The notes under the pieces: generated by a model
Told to the model about the DNA's origin: nothing
What the model saw: only the letters and a program-made list of their open reading frames with translations
Database searches by the model: none
Translations under genes and position numbers: made by a program
Assembly: GCF_020745735.1 (NCBI RefSeq)
Contig: NC_083403.1
Coordinates: 126,312,526-126,376,525, forward strand
Length of the DNA: 64,000 nucleotides
From: Hemiscyllium ocellatum
Taxonomy: Eukaryota
Reading direction: 5' to 3'
Shown: positions 1 through 13,360 of the stretch, one piece after another
Layout of the letters: each line of letters starts with the position of its first letter
Numbering within the stretch: position 1 is the stretch's first letter

Positions 1-137
1 GTTGCTCCTTCAGTTACCTGATGAAGGAGCAGCACTCCAAAAGCTTGTACTTTCAAATAAACCTGTTAGACTATAACCTAGCGTTGCGTGAGTTTTAACT
101 TTGCCGACCCCAGTCCAACGCCGGCACCTCCACATCA
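1..137 (+). mobile_element. Penelope-like element terminus (family A) with degenerate hammerhead motif; right arm of a fold-back insertion cut by the window edge
   Basis: CTGATGA-AGGAGC-AGC-ACTCC-AAAA-GCTT (18-46; GAAA mutated) followed by the family-A tail AATAAACCTGTT(G/A)GACTATAACC...CCCAGTCCAAC; bases 1-13 are an inverted copy of the stem II/core region. Confidence 0.75.
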
Positions 138-1271
138 CTTTCTATCAAGTCAGACACATCTCAAGTTCCACCTTCATAGCTCCCTGATATTGGACTGAAT
201 TTTACTGTGATACCACTGATATAATAGTTGAAGGCGAGGCTGCATGTGCTTGGTCAGCTCACCATCCAGCCAGCAAACTACTGTCTGGCCGCTAAGGTAG
301 TTTGAGGCTGGACTTCTACCCCATTAGAAAGGAAGCCCCACTTCTTTCAGCAGCCAGGGGGGAGCAGTGACAACAAGGACAGACGATTTGTGTGGTTTGT
401 GGGAAATATTTCGCGGTGTGAGGATGGGGTGGGGGGGGGGGGGTTGGTAGGGCCCTGATGACAACCAAGGCAATTTTCTTGGCACAATCTCCTGGCATCC
501 TGGAAATGGCACCACCCTCCCATGGGTAAAGTCTCGTCCATGGTTGGAAAAGGCTTTAGGTGGCTAGTAGATTACATGCATTAACTGGCTCATAGCAAAC
601 AGAGCACCCTCCACCTTCTCTGCAAACTAAGAAGTGATCAGGAGATTTTTTTTCGCAGGAGATGTTCTCATGGCTACATGGATGCAGTGAATCTCACCTT
701 GTTCCTGAAGGAAACCTGGGGCTTGAATGTTTCCTAAATGTTTCTGGTGTACACGGGGAACATGAAATGCTAGTTGGTCTTTATGAGGAGGTCTTCAGTG
801 AATTGCTCATTACAGACTGACTAACAACGCCGATCCTTCTGCAGCTAAGAAAGATCACAAGCTGACACAGTAAAAGGATATGGTGACCTTCCCTGTCGCA
901 GGCAATGCATGGTGAAATGCAGAAGTGTGTTGCAATTCCTACTGTAAATAACTACTTCTTTGGAACAGCCCTCCACGCCCTTGTTCTCAAGACCATTTTT
1001 GAGAACTACCAGCCACCAGAACTCATATAGTCTTTGCTGGCAAGTTGGCTGACAATATTCAACAATCCTTGATGGGCTGAATGGTTTCCTTTGATGCCAT
1101 AATGACACAGTAACTAAAATGTTTGATGTCACCAAAGTCTGAAGGTGCTCCTCAGACTTATTCTTTTCAAATAGAGAACAGTCCCTGTGGGTACTCCATG
1201 CTATTGGTGCCACCCAATTGCTAGATAAACTTGTCAGGACTTTGCACGAGACATCCCTTTGAAATGTTTCC

Positions 1272-1910
1272 TCCTGGTCAGGGAACACTTCAGCAGTCTC
1301 GGACGATCAGCTTCCAATCTTAGTGTAAGCACCCTCCTAGATAGCCTTCAAGATACACAACAATGCAGAATCACTGAGCCTCAACCGTGACCTTGGATTT
1401 GTGTCACAATACATGTGATCCCACCATGCTGTCCTGTATCTTAAAATCTTCCTCACTGTCCTGTGTTGATATCATCACTTGTTATGACCCCTCAGCGTTA
1501 ATTAATTTGTACAGTTTTGGATTACTTATTACTTTGATTAGACCCTCGGCCTGTGACCCTTATATCTATCATATTATTATCAGTCATTTAGTTTGTTTCC
1601 AGCACCACCTTATTTTTAATTTTGTCTAATTAGCTCTCTGCCTCAATTATAGGATTATAGGTCATTCCTTCACTTGCTATTCAGCTGTTGACAGTTCACT
1701 CACACCATCTGACTCTTTTGATAACCTGCAGAGACTTGTTTTTCAACCTGTTGAACCTCCACTCACACCATTTGTATGATCTTTTGGTCTCTCTGCCTAT
1801 AAGTTCTAGCCTGTATGCTCTCTTCACTCTAGCTGACGAAGGAGTTGTGCTCCGAAAGCTTGTGATGTTAAGTAAACCTTTTGGACTATAACCTGGTGTT
1901 GTGTGATACT
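1272..1910 (+). mobile_element. Penelope-like element 3' fragment: GIY-YIG C-terminal remnant, 3' UTR and hammerhead-bearing terminus (family A)
   Basis: Conceptual translation VREHFSSLGRSASNLSVS...QDTQQCRITE / LNRDLGFVSQYM* resembles PLE endonuclease C-termini; ends in CTGACGA-AGGAGT-TGT-GCTCC-GAAA-GCTT (1833-1861) plus the family-A tail. Confidence 0.75.
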
Positions 1911-2242
1911 GTCCCTTTGGAAAAGATTGAGCTGGTCACTTTCTGATATTTTCTAAGTGCCTTATTTTTCGGGCTGTTTACTTTAAGGCCTGATATCAAA
2001 ATGTGTGACTATGGAACCAAAGGATGCAATAATAAGTGTGCTTACGATCTGACTTGGGTATTTGTGTTTTTCATACTTGTCTGTAATCTATTGAAGGCAG
2101 ACTAGAAAATCACTTGAAAGGTGAGGTCAAATACAAAGATTTTCAAATGTTTTTTTCATAACATTTTATACAGAGAACATTATAACAAGATTTCTGATCA
2201 GATTCACTGAGTTCAAACAGTTATTTTGCGTAATAATGAAAA

Positions 2243-2549
2243 TAGATTAGATTAGATTACTTAGTGTGGAAACAGGCCCTTCGGCCCACCTAGTCCACAC
2301 CGACCCACCACCCACCCATTCCCCTACATTTACCCCTTTACCTAACACTATAGGCAATTTAGCATGGCCAATTCACCTGACCCACACATCTTTGGACTGT
2401 GGGAGGAAACCGGAGCACCCAGAGGAAACCCACGCATACACGGGGAGAATGTGCAAACTCCACACAGACAGTCGCCTGAGTCGGGAATTGAACCCGGGTC
2501 TCTGGCGCTGTGAGGCAACAGTGCTAACCACTATGCCACCATACCGCCC
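2243..2549 (-). mobile_element. tRNA-derived V-SINE (HE1-type), full length
   Basis: Minus strand: A box TGGCATAGTGG, B box GGTTCAATTCC, V-domain GTGTGGAGTTTGCACATTCTCCCCGTG...CCGGTTTCCTCCCACAGTCCAAAGA, CR1-like tail GGGCCGAAGGGCCTG, (TAATC)n end. Confidence 0.9.
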
Positions 2550-2897
2550 ACTAATAATAAATCCAAATCCTGTATCTGTTTGCTTGATTTAAATAATGTT
2601 ACTTCCATTTATCTGTCTGTGTTGTGATCTTCTGAATTAGCTCAGAGGGGCTCAATTACATGTTTCCCCCAATGGAAAATTAGCGGGGAAGTGTGGAAGT
2701 ACCTAAAATGGTACCATTACTGGCATCAACCTGGCCATGCCTGTTACAATTCACCCACTCATGGCACAGTTGAGATCTTAAGTGGCTGATTAAGGACCAT
2801 TAAAGGCCTCTTCCATACATAGCCACAATTTTTTCTACAGCAGGCAGGAGCCCACATCAAGTATGAAACCTGAGAATGAGTGCTTTTATAGTTAATG

Positions 2898-3050
2898 ATC
2901 ATAGAATCACTACAGTGTGGAAACAGGCCATCCAACAAGTCCACACCAACCCACCCTTCTCTATTACTCTACGTTTATCCCTAACCTACACATCTTTGAA
3001 TGCCATGGGCAATTTAGCATGGCCAATTCACCTAACCTGCATGTTTTTGA
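2898..3050 (-). mobile_element. V-SINE 3' fragment
   Basis: Tail and GGCAATTTAGCATGGCCAATTCACC block shared with 2243-2549. Confidence 0.75.
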
Positions 3051-3738
3051 TGGGCAAGGGGGATAAAAACACTTGTACTGGGCTGTAGGACTCGTTGAAG
3101 ACCCCGACTCCCCCAAGGTAACACCTCCCCACCACCCTCAATTCCCCTCTTCTCTGGCCTGACAATTGCAAGTCCCCACACCTCCTGTTCCTCCACCCGT
3201 TGGCAGGACCTTTCAGCCTAGTTCCTTCAATAGCTACCCCAGCCTTTTACCTTTGTGACCAGCTCAAGTAATGGTCTCTACTGAGGATGTGATGCAGTTC
3301 TATTGGTGGCCACAACTTCTGGTAACCATTTGATCAACCAGCGGTTCTCAGAGGTAGAACGTCCTGATATACCATGAGCCTTAACCAACTAAACCCAAAA
3401 AATGAAAATGGGAATAACAGCCAGAGGGAAGCAAGCTTGCTCCTGAAGTTTGTCTGGGGATTCAGATCCAAGATGAGTGTAAAATCCCACCAAAGTTTAT
3501 TGTCACAAATCTTGTATTTCCGTTTAATCCTTTTTGTCTGTCCACAGGTAGAATCCAACACCTAAATTTGTAACCTAATAACATAATGACCGTGCTCATC
3601 TATTAATGACAGCTTGATCATTATTTGAGGTTTTTGAGGAAACAATTTCATTCCACAGTCCCATAATATTGTAACCTCTTTCCATCTTGGGGTTTTCTGA
3701 CATTAGAATGAACAATCTTTGGTTTTCAGAAAATGTAA

Positions 3739-4021
3739 ATTAGATTACTTACAGCGTGGAAACAGGCCCTTCGGCCCAACAAGTCCACACCGACCCGCTG
3801 AAGCACAACCCACCTAACACTACAGGCAATTTAGCATGGCCAATTCACCTGACCCGCACGTCTTTGGACTGTGGGAGGAAACCGGAGCACCCGGAGGAAA
3901 CCCACGCAGACACGGGGAGAACGTGCAAACTCCACACAGTCAGTCGCCTGAGGCGGGAATTGAACCCAGGTCCCTGGCACTGTGAGGCAGCAGTGCTAAC
4001 CACTGTGCCACCATGCCGCCC
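3739..4021 (-). mobile_element. tRNA-derived V-SINE (HE1-type), full length with internal deletion
   Basis: Same head, V-domain and tail as 2243-2549; immediately followed by a short CR1 3' fragment (4022-4085). Confidence 0.9.
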
Positions 4022-5369
4022 ATAAAGATCATTTGGCCCAAATCATCCACGCTAACCAGACATCCCAATCTGACCTAGTCCCATTGACAGAAATCTCTGC
4101 CTCATCCTATCTGTAAAATATGCTCACAAAAGTCACAATGAATGGCTGGGCCGTTCTCGCTGTAATACACGATTCTGCAAAGTATCTGTAATTCTGTAAA
4201 TGAAGTTATAAAAATATTTGTTACTTTACAGCAAGAATGGTGCTCTTTAAATAGGCACATAATTTACACATATTCATGTGTAAAGATGCTCGCAGCTCCA
4301 CGGAACAGAAACTCAACGTGCTTATAATAAATTATGAAATAGATCAGTAGAGATGCTGTGCTGTTAATTTCTAGGCTAACTTGTCACTGCAGATCACACT
4401 AAAAATCAATTCATATTAAAGCTTGAATATTCCATTTCATTCAAATGTACATCACTTAGGTCTGGGTAGACTTTTACTGCCTGGGCTGCATTTAATGTAA
4501 CCACTTGGATGGTATCCTGCTTAAATCAATGGGCTATTCCGGATAGAGTCATTAATAGTAATTGACTTTTCAGCTCTGTTTCTGGAGACTGCATAATTTA
4601 TGAAAACCTCTCTCTGTGTAGTCTTAAATAATAGATTGTGGTTTGTGAGAGGGCAGCTCCTAGTACACCACCAATTTGAAGTAACAGGGCCTTCAGAGTT
4701 TCCACTTTCTTTCATTGCTTTTTTTTGTCATTTCGTTGTTCAAGCGCTGACACACTTTATTGGGTTTCATTTTAATCAAAAATTATTTTTGTAAAAGAAA
4801 CACCTACGACATCCCACGCCTGAAGTTAATGAAGGAATGCTTAGACATTCTGATGAATTATTAATTGCTGACCATGCCTTCTGGATGTATCTGGCACAGA
4901 TAATGTAATTATAGCAAGGGATACATAGAAAAAAATGTTGCCAGACTGCAGTTTTTTGTTTGTACAAAAATGTACTGAGTAAGATCATCAAATTGTCAAT
5001 GCTCCATCCAGATTACACACTGGATAGTTTGGAGACAAGTAAAAGACTCAATTTTGGTATTGAATTTATGAGGGTTTATCTTGTTCATTTTCATGTGAAT
5101 AAAACAAAGAAATTAATCAGATCCATGCAGTTGTTTTTGACGAGCAGGTACTGACTTAAAGGTATTCTATTAAGTGTTGTATTTGCACAAGTTGACAGTG
5201 CGCCGTGTTAGAATGCAGATTAATTGACATCTATCTACTTATCTGTCTGCCTCTCTATCTGTCTGTGCGTCTATATTTATTAAAGCATTTCCCAAATTGG
5301 GAAGGCATGATCTACAACACAGCAGTTGGAGGATGTTAGGAAGGACAGGTTGGCTGTAAAGGAGGTTTG

Positions 5370-6560
5370 TTTATTCATTCACAGGAAGCAAGGTCACTGC
5401 TTAAGCCTGGATTTATTGCCTATCCCCAACTGCCCTTGAGAAAATGGTGGTGAGCTGTTGGCTTGAGCAGTTATAATCGACATGGTGTAGATATTGTCAT
5501 AGGCAATCACTCACTAACAAGTATGATTGTCTACCAAGGAAATTCTAAGTCACTGGTCATGGGAACTGTGGGTCTTTACTTGGTTGATGGGTCTAATCCC
5601 AGAGCCACATCTTCCTTCCTTCCTCTTTCCAATGGGTGTTCTCAAAGAACTGTACTCCTTTGTACAGGAGGTTCTTCCATGTTGGTTTCTTCTATATAAG
5701 TGTACACCCTCATGCACACAAGTTGTTAGGCAGACATATTCATCAAAAGTAAAGCAACAGTGAAGTTATTCCAAGTCAGAGTAGTGAGAGGCTTGGAAGA
5801 GAACGTGCAGCTGTTGTGTTCCCCTGTGTCTGTTGGCCTTGTCCCTCTAGGTGGTAGAGGTGGTGAATTTGGAAGGTGCAGTTGAAGGAATCTTGATGAG
5901 TTACTGCAGTACATATTGCTGATGGTAAACATTGCTGCCAAATGTATCAGTGGTAGAGGGAGGGAATGTGCATGATAGTGCATGGGATACCAATTGAGTG
6001 AGTTATTTTTCCTAAATTTGGGTTTCTTGAGTGCAGTTGGAGCTATGCTCACCTAGATAAGTTGACAGTATTTCATTATATTTCTATCTGGGGTTATGCA
6101 GAGGGTGAAGAGACTTTGGAGGCAGGCAATGAGTTGCTCACAACAGACTCTGATCTGTTCTTGTAACCATTTTGCTGATGTAGCTGGTCCAGTTCAGTTT
6201 CTGTCAATGATGAACCTCAGCAAGTTGATAACGGGAGAGTCAGTGATGGTAATACCACTGGATAGCAAGTGGAGGTAGTTAGATTGTCCACAGCTGGAGA
6301 AGGTCATTGACTGGCACTTGTGTGATGTTAATGTTCTCTGCCCCTTATCAGCTCAAGTCAGATGTAGTCCTGGTCTTACTGCATATGGACATGGACTGCT
6401 TCAGTATCTAGGCAGTGGCAAATTGGACTAAACATTTTGCAATCAACAGCGAACACCCCCACTTTTCACCTTATGGCCGAGAGAAGAGCATGGATGGAGT
6501 AGCTGAAGAGGCCTGGGACACTACCCTGAGGAACCTCTACAGTGATATCCTGGAGGAATA
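5370..6560 (-). mobile_element. Old degraded CR1/L2-group LINE, 3' portion
   Basis: Tail TTATTGCCTATCCCCAACTGCCCTTGAG and decayed RT-like sequence similar to the plus-strand fragment at 48890-49430. Confidence 0.6.
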
Positions 6561-7000
6561 GATTTTAAGTAAAGTGATAGCTATAATATTTAAGCAAGTG
6601 TTCAAGAGAAAGGTTTTTCAGAATGTAACATGCAAAGTTATAACCATGTGCATAAATTTGTGATTTTGGTATATCCACATGATCAAGGTTATCTTGACTC
6701 TAATAAGGTAACACACACGTTAATGTTCATCATTGTATTTACATTTCACAATTACAAACAGAACCAATAGGTTCAGGGTTATTCAATGGCTGGATACACT
6801 TCAAATGTAGACTCAGAATGACAGGATTTATAGTCAATAATGATAGAAAGCAAAGACACACCCATTTGTCTATTCTTCAGTCAATGAAAGGAACAGTTTG
6901 TACATTATTAAATCCATTAGGACTTAAGTCCAAAATGTTACTAGAGATTTTTGTTTTACTGGCCGACATGGATAGCCTGAGAAATGATCACTGTTGATAA

Positions 7001-7169
7001 GGTATAAACAAAAGAACTGCGGATGCTATAAATCAGAAGCAAAAACAGAAATTGCTGGAAAAACTCAGCAGGTCTGGCAGCACCTGTGGAGAGAAAACAG
7101 AGTTAACGTTTTGGTTCCAGTGACCCTTCCTCAGAACACTGGACCCGAAACGTTAGCTCTGATTTCTCT
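7001..7169. mobile_element. PLE-terminus fold-back mini-insertion (family C) with hammerhead motif and 13-bp TSD
   Basis: Antisense arm to 7137 (minus: GTT-CTGAGGA-AGGGTCACTGGAACC-AAAA-CGTT-AAC), then short sense arm CACTGGACCCGAAACGTTAGCTCTG; flanks TCACTGTTGATAA (6988-7000) and TCACTGTTGCTAA (7170-7182). Confidence 0.8.
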
Positions 7170-8700
7170 TCACTGTTGCTAAAATGCTGTGGACCAATTT
7201 GTTTCAGCCATACAGCTGAGGTGTGCAGGAGGGCCCCCCCCAGAAGAGATTGAATAATACATTAGCAATCCCAGTCGCAGAATTTAATAGCGAAGTTCAT
7301 TGAATCTACAAACATGCTGTCAATGGCTTCCCACTGAAAATCCCATTAGTGCTGCCTAAAGACAACCTTGGTAAGTTTTATTGAAATTGAAAGGGGCACT
7401 ACCAATTAATTGCAGTTGGTTTTGGACATGTGTGATTTTATGACTAAAGATTTGCAAATTTTAAAAAAAATCTAGAGAAACACAATAGTGAGAATGTTTA
7501 CATTCATGTGTAAAAGCATTCCTGGATCACTGCCTTGTGTCTTGAGTACACGCTGGTGTCCTTTCTGAAGGAGTGGGTGACACAGCAAAGGCACTATAGG
7601 CTGTCACTCACTCACACCTTTGTGGCTGCAGGTAAATCTGAAGAAAAGGTGGCCAAGCTATGGGAGGAACATACTGGGGAAGCGTATTTAGCACAAGCCC
7701 TCATCTTCCATTTAAAGCAGTTGATTTTAAAGTTTACATTGAAATTACAGCACAGCACCAGTCCCTTTGTAGGTTCAATACATTGTTTATAGTCTACAGA
7801 TGCCTGGCCTCACCCCTCTTGATCTTATCAGTATATCTCTCTGTTCCTTGATCTCTTGTTTACTTATGTAACTTCCCATTAAATGCAGCTCAGCAAATCA
7901 GTTCCTCCTCCTTCTCCACCAGGAAATGAGTTCCACATCCGAAGCATTTCAATTCATCCCTCACTGTGAAATCAGTTCAAGGTGTAGAAGTTACTTAGCT
8001 CGAAAATATTAAAGGTGCTGAGGTTAGTTCCCAACTAATGAAGTGGCTACATGAGGAACAGAGTGATATTTTGTCATCATAAAAGATAAACGGGGCTCTT
8101 TCCCCTAGTTAGTGGATAAATTTCTCACTGAAACAGTGTTTAGTCAATATTGCTTTTAATATATTTTTAACAATAAAAGTCTTAAAATTTGAAATTGCAT
8201 CCATTCATTAGAAATTCAAATTTTAATTTCTGAACAACGTCTCTGGTCCGAGTACACTAATTTGATAAAATAGTAAATAATACATACGTTTTAAATTTTG
8301 TACAACATTTCAGCATTTATGTCCATTGCACATGGATGTCCCAATTTTTATCATGCTTCTTGTGCCAAGATTTTTAGTTTAATTCTTTAATCTTTCAAGT
8401 GAAATGGCTTCACAGGCTGGCTTGGCATTTATTGCCCAACCCAAATCACTGCTGTCTTGAACTTCTGCAATCCTCCAGGTGTAGGTCCAGTTAGTTGTTG
8501 CACAAATGAATGTGGAAAACCTGTTGAACAGTGACCTGATCAGGGGTCCTGCCTATCACATGCTGCTTCTGATGTTAGTCATGGACATTGTCCTGTCATT
8601 GTACCTTCTTAGCACACTGTCTGTGCAAATACTTTAAACTGATTGGTTAATCAGCTAATTTGATGTCTTCACAGTTGCTGGACTCTAGAGATTCAGTACA

Positions 8701-9607
8701 CAGAGGAACCTCGATTATCCAAATAAGATGGGCATGTACTATTTCGTTCGGATAATTGATTATTCGGTTAATTGTTTCAATGCCTTTCTTTTGGAGCTTG
8801 GAGTTTTCTGAAGTTTCCTTTTTCCTCACTCTGCCTGCCTTGCTCCCTCTCTCTGTCTCAAGGTTTGTTACTGAGCAGAGACACACTTGTGTGTAAGGGA
8901 CCTGCAGCATTGCTGAAGCCCTCCCCCCGCCCCCCACCACCACTCACTTCCACCCCATCCCCCTCCACCACCCAAGTCAGTTCAATGGGATTGACAGAGT
9001 GATCACTTGCTATGTCTGCTCCCCAGTTCAGGAGACTAGGCAGCAGCACACCCCGTGCAAACCACTGCCCCACCCCCATGTGCACCCCTGCTCCCCCCGT
9101 GCACTCCCACCCACCGTGCGCCCCCACCCCTGTCCCCAGAATGGAGATGGCAGCCAGACTGGAACCAACAGGCAGACTGCTGCTGCTTTGAGGGGTGAGT
9201 CTCAAAATAACAAACACACACACATTTTTTACTGCAACATTTTGATAGGTTCCACTTTTGCCCTGGACAGGACAATGTTAGAGAGACTATCTGGGGGGAC
9301 GGGGGTGGGTGTGTGGTGTGGGTGGTTTAGGGCACACCCCTGTGCACAACTCCAGGGAAATTGTGGAGAGAGAGAGAGGGAGGGCGGGAGTCAGTCACTT
9401 GGAGACAGTGTCTGGGCTCCCATCGATGTGAAGGACTGTTCTTGACAATATTTCAGTAAGCCAAGTTCACTTTTAATCACTGTACACAAAAGACGTGATC
9501 AGTGTTGAAACACCTCTTTGATGTAATGTTTCTATTGGGACCTTGAGATCTTTTTCGGATAATCCCAAATTTGGAAAATTGATATTCGAATAATTGAGGT
9601 TCCTCTG
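8701..9607. mobile_element. Non-autonomous Tc1/mariner (Tigger/pogo-like) MITE
   Basis: Terminal inverted repeats CAGAGGAACCTCGATTATCC / GAATAATTGAGGTTCCTCTG; repeated subterminal TTCG(G/A)ATAAT motifs; no transposase ORF; expected TA TSD degraded. Confidence 0.8.
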
Positions 9608-9779
9608 TCAATGGTGCTTGCATGAAAGTTGATTCAGGACAATCGATGCTTGAACCTCATGGCTATGTTTTTGTGTTGCTTCTTACTGCTGATCCCAAAG
9701 TCTGGGCTAAAATCTGAGATCCCCCGATTCATAGATTTACAGCTCATCAAGAGTGCACCATCATAACTACCACTAGAAG

Positions 9780-9992
9780 TGCACTAATCCCAATTACCTG
9801 CATTTGTCCCATATCCTCGAATGTTATGATAATTGAAATACTTATCTAAATATCTTTTAAAGGTTATAAGGTTTCCAACGTCCACTACCTTCCCAGGCAG
9901 TGCATTCCAGCGTCTCACCATCCACTGAGTGAAAGCTTTCTCCCCTCTAAATCTCCTGCCCCTTGCCCTAAAACGATGCCCCCTCGTGAATT
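9780..9992 (-). mobile_element. CR1 LINE 3' fragment
   Basis: TRGHRFR...FTQWMVRRWNALP...FKRYLDKY C-terminal CR1 motif in ORF 9784-9999. Confidence 0.8.
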
Positions 9993-10092
9993 TCCACAAC
10001 CACCTGATGAAAGAGCAGCGCTCTGAAAGCTAGTACTTCCAAATAAACCTGTTGGACTATGACCTGGTGTTGTGTGATTTTTAACTTTGTAC
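9993..10092 (+). mobile_element. PLE terminus (family A) with intact hammerhead core
   Basis: CAC-CTGATGA-A-AGAGC-AGC-GCTCT-GAAA-GC-TA-GT (10001-10034) followed by the family-A tail. Confidence 0.85.
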
Positions 10093-10179
10093 AGCCTCTT
10101 GTGAAGGTTAATGGCTTCAGCGAATTGCTAATTTTGAAAGTGTAGCAAGAAGACCTTTGTCCATTGAATCAGATCTAAA

Positions 10180-10308
10180 AGAAAATGAGAACTGCAGTTG
10201 CTGGAGAGTCTGAGTTGAACAGCGTGGTGCTGGAAAAGCACAACAGGGCAGGCAGCATCCGAGGAGCAGGAGAGTTGATGTTTTGGGCAAAAGGCCTTCA
10301 TCAGGAAT
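10180..10308 (-). mobile_element. PLE terminus (family B), degenerate hammerhead
   Basis: Minus: TTC-CTGATGA-AGGCCTTTTGCCC-AAAA-CATC followed by CTCCTGCTCCTCGGATGCTGCCTG...CTTTTCCAGCACCAC; homologous to 49139-49226 and 56790-56885. Confidence 0.75.
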
Positions 10309-12532
10309 GTCCAATGCCAGACAAAACCTGCCCAAACCTTGACTCCTACCAGTTGCAAGCACCCCTTGTGACTTGCAGTATACCCTCCACTGTTTCACGA
10401 TTCTTGCTTCTTCAAGCCTCACCCTCCTGAGCCTTCTTTGTTACTATTAACGTAACTGCTTAACCCGATGAGTCCCTGAAAATCAAAGTGCTGATCCCCT
10501 TTTCTGGCCCTGCACTCTCCCCAGATCCAGACCAGAGTCACTCAGAGTTCCCTTGGCCTTCCTTTGGAGATTGTACAACTTCTCGGCTCTATTCCCACCC
10601 TATGACATTTATTTGATCCTATAAATATAACCGCACTCATACCCAGCCAGTACAACCAGACAAATCACCAACCTCAATGCTAAGACGGACATGTTCTACC
10701 ACACCCTGATGCCACATGCACTTATGATCCTCCCCCTGATTGACTAAAGCTTATGCCCCATTGCTCATTTGTAAGACATTCCTAACTGTCACACCAGCAA
10801 GGCCAGGATTGATCTTTCCTTGACTTCCAGGATGACCATGGTTTACGCCTTGTCTGACAGGTTACTAATCTCCTGGATCTGAATTGGACCAATTACTTGG
10901 AAATCTATTATCAACCTAAATGCACCCCAGCCCGTGGACTGACTGTGGCGAGACTTTCAGACTGACCAGAGTCCAGCCTCACTCCACTGACCATGCCTCC
11001 ATTCTCCTATTTAGACATCACCCCGCTCTTCAGCCACCGGCTCTGTATTTGCTGAAGACACTGCAGTTCCGTGCACTATCTCTCTGGTGTTGATGCAGCA
11101 CCATGCCCTTCACTACATCAACCTACCTTTTTACATTGAAAACACAAACTGCTGCCTTGACTTTGGCATAAAGTTACCACCAGAAGTACATGTTGCTTCA
11201 TTGCCATTCTCCTGTTGGTTCTGTGATTGCCTAGAGGCACATCCTGACTTCATCTCTTGGACACACCTATTGTAGTTGTACAATTTACCACAAAAGTAAA
11301 GACAATGGACATTTACAATATCTTGGTAGAAGGCGAACGGGCAAAGAATTTAACCAGGATTGCAACTGAAGAACAGGTGACTAGATATTCACCTGGTCTG
11401 AGTAGGTGAGTATCTGAAGCATTGAGTCTTTTAATTGGGTGGGAGTTCTTTGAGAAGCCTGTGCTAATACCAGTGAGGTGCATGATTAATGAGACGCAAT
11501 ACAGGACATGACATTCTCAATGCTTAATGCCAAGGGACATAACTCACCATCTGAGAGTGCTGACTTAAATGGTAACTTTTGTTTTGATTGTGAAAGTTCA
11601 GGTTTTGCACCCTCACCCAATTAAGTTCTATCATCCACCATTCTCAGTTCCTTTGGAAGCAGAAAATTCCACTTTCAGACTGTACCAAAAACTGGAACCA
11701 TGCTGACAACTAAATCCTGTTATTGCATCATCAAAAGAATGCCATAAAGTAAAGACATCACAGAGGAAAGATGGTTAAGAGAACAATGGTTTCATTAGAG
11801 ATAATTAAAATAACCAATGATGATTGATTGGTACCCAATCCTTGTAAACACGGAGAAGAGCTTCACTAGAACATTGGTCAACTAGATACATATGCATGGC
11901 TTATGACAGGCTAAGAAACATACTCTAAACTGTTTGTATAACACATTTCTTTCTAATTATTATAACTCAATCTATTGTTGTTACTTCAGTCACAGTTTAT
12001 TTTTACTAGTATTTCCTCTTTGTCTTGTGGGCAGTTACTTTGCAGTTTACAATTAGGAAGCATTCCATCTAACAAAGAGGTTAAAGAAAGGCCATTTCAC
12101 TTTTCCCAGCCAAATAAAGGTCAATTGTTTGACTCATCTGTCATGCTTAATCAGCTGGTGAAAAGTCAACTCAGTTACAGCTTGCAACACTTCTATTTCA
12201 GGCATAAATCTTCTACAGTATCACTTCATAATGTGTTACTTCCTGATAACTTTTTTCCCTTAATGGCATTGTACTCAAGGATACATATCTGAAACTGGAA
12301 GAGTGCATACTTAGTGAGTTTTTATTCTGGTTTTGCAATGATGCTGTTCGGGAAATTTTATTGATGCACTTTATGAGCTACTCTTCACTTCTGCTTCCTG
12401 ACAATATTCAAGCAAACTTGGTTAAATCCATGCCAATGATCGATGTTAATTAAGTCTGAAAGAATTTTTTCATTCTGGTATTTTTCATACAGTGGCATAC
12501 ATTTAGAGATAGGAGAAATTGCTCACATAGGA

Positions 12533-12878
12533 TCATAGAATCCTTACACTGTGAAACAGGCCATTTGACCCATCAAGTCCACACCAACCCCCCGAAGAGC
12601 ATCTTATCCATACCTCCACCCCATCCCTGTAACCCCTGCCCTTCCCATGGCCAGTCTGCTTAGACTGCACATACTTGGACACTATGGGCAATTTAACATG
12701 GCTAATCCACTTACTCTGCACATCTTTGGTCTGTGGGAGGAAACCAGAGCACCCAGAGGAAACCTACGCAGACACGGGGAGAATGTGCAAACTCCACACA
12801 GACAGTCGCCTGAGGATGGAATTGAACCTGCGTTCCTGGTGCTGTAGGGCAGCAGTGCTAACCACTGTGCTACTGTGT
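12533..12878 (-). mobile_element. V-SINE (older subfamily)
   Basis: tRNA-like head, V-domain and CR1-like tail with (ATTCTATG) end. Confidence 0.85.
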
Positions 12879-13061
12879 TATATCTGAGAAGATCAATTAA
12901 TTTGCAAAATATATTGGGCTGGGGGAAAATAAACTGTGTGCAACGATGTAAAACAAGGATTTGATAGTGCAAGTCAGAAGATAGTTGAATCTTCTGGAGC
13001 TTTACCTGATTGTCTTGGTGAATCATGGAGCAGTTGTGCAGGGATTAATATAACAATTTCA

Positions 13062-13360
13062 TAAGATCTAAGAACAAAGAAAATTTACAGCCCAGGAACA
13101 GGCCCTTCAGCCCTCCAAGCCTGAACTGATCCAAATCCATTGTTTAAACCTGTCGCCCAACTCTGAAGCATCTGCATCCCTCTGCTCCCCACCTACTCAT
13201 GCATCTGTCCAGATGCATCTTAAATGAATCTACACCACCTCTACCACCTCTGCTGGCAATGCATTCCAGACACCTACCAACCTCTGTGTAAAGTACTTGC
13301 CATGTGTATCCCCCTTAAACTTTTCACCTCTCACCTTGAAAGCATGACCTCTCATTATTG
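13062..13360 (-). mobile_element. CR1 LINE 3' fragment
   Basis: RGHAFKVRGEKFKGD...FTQRLVGVWNALP; CR1 3' UTR stem-loop. Confidence 0.85.

Noticed and set aside
845-1288. 147-aa minus-strand ORF
   Set aside because: No recognisable motifs or splice context; overlaps a PLE fragment edge
2480-2549. tRNA gene
   Set aside because: A/B boxes belong to the SINE head and continue into the V-domain; same for 3950-4021 and 12810-12878
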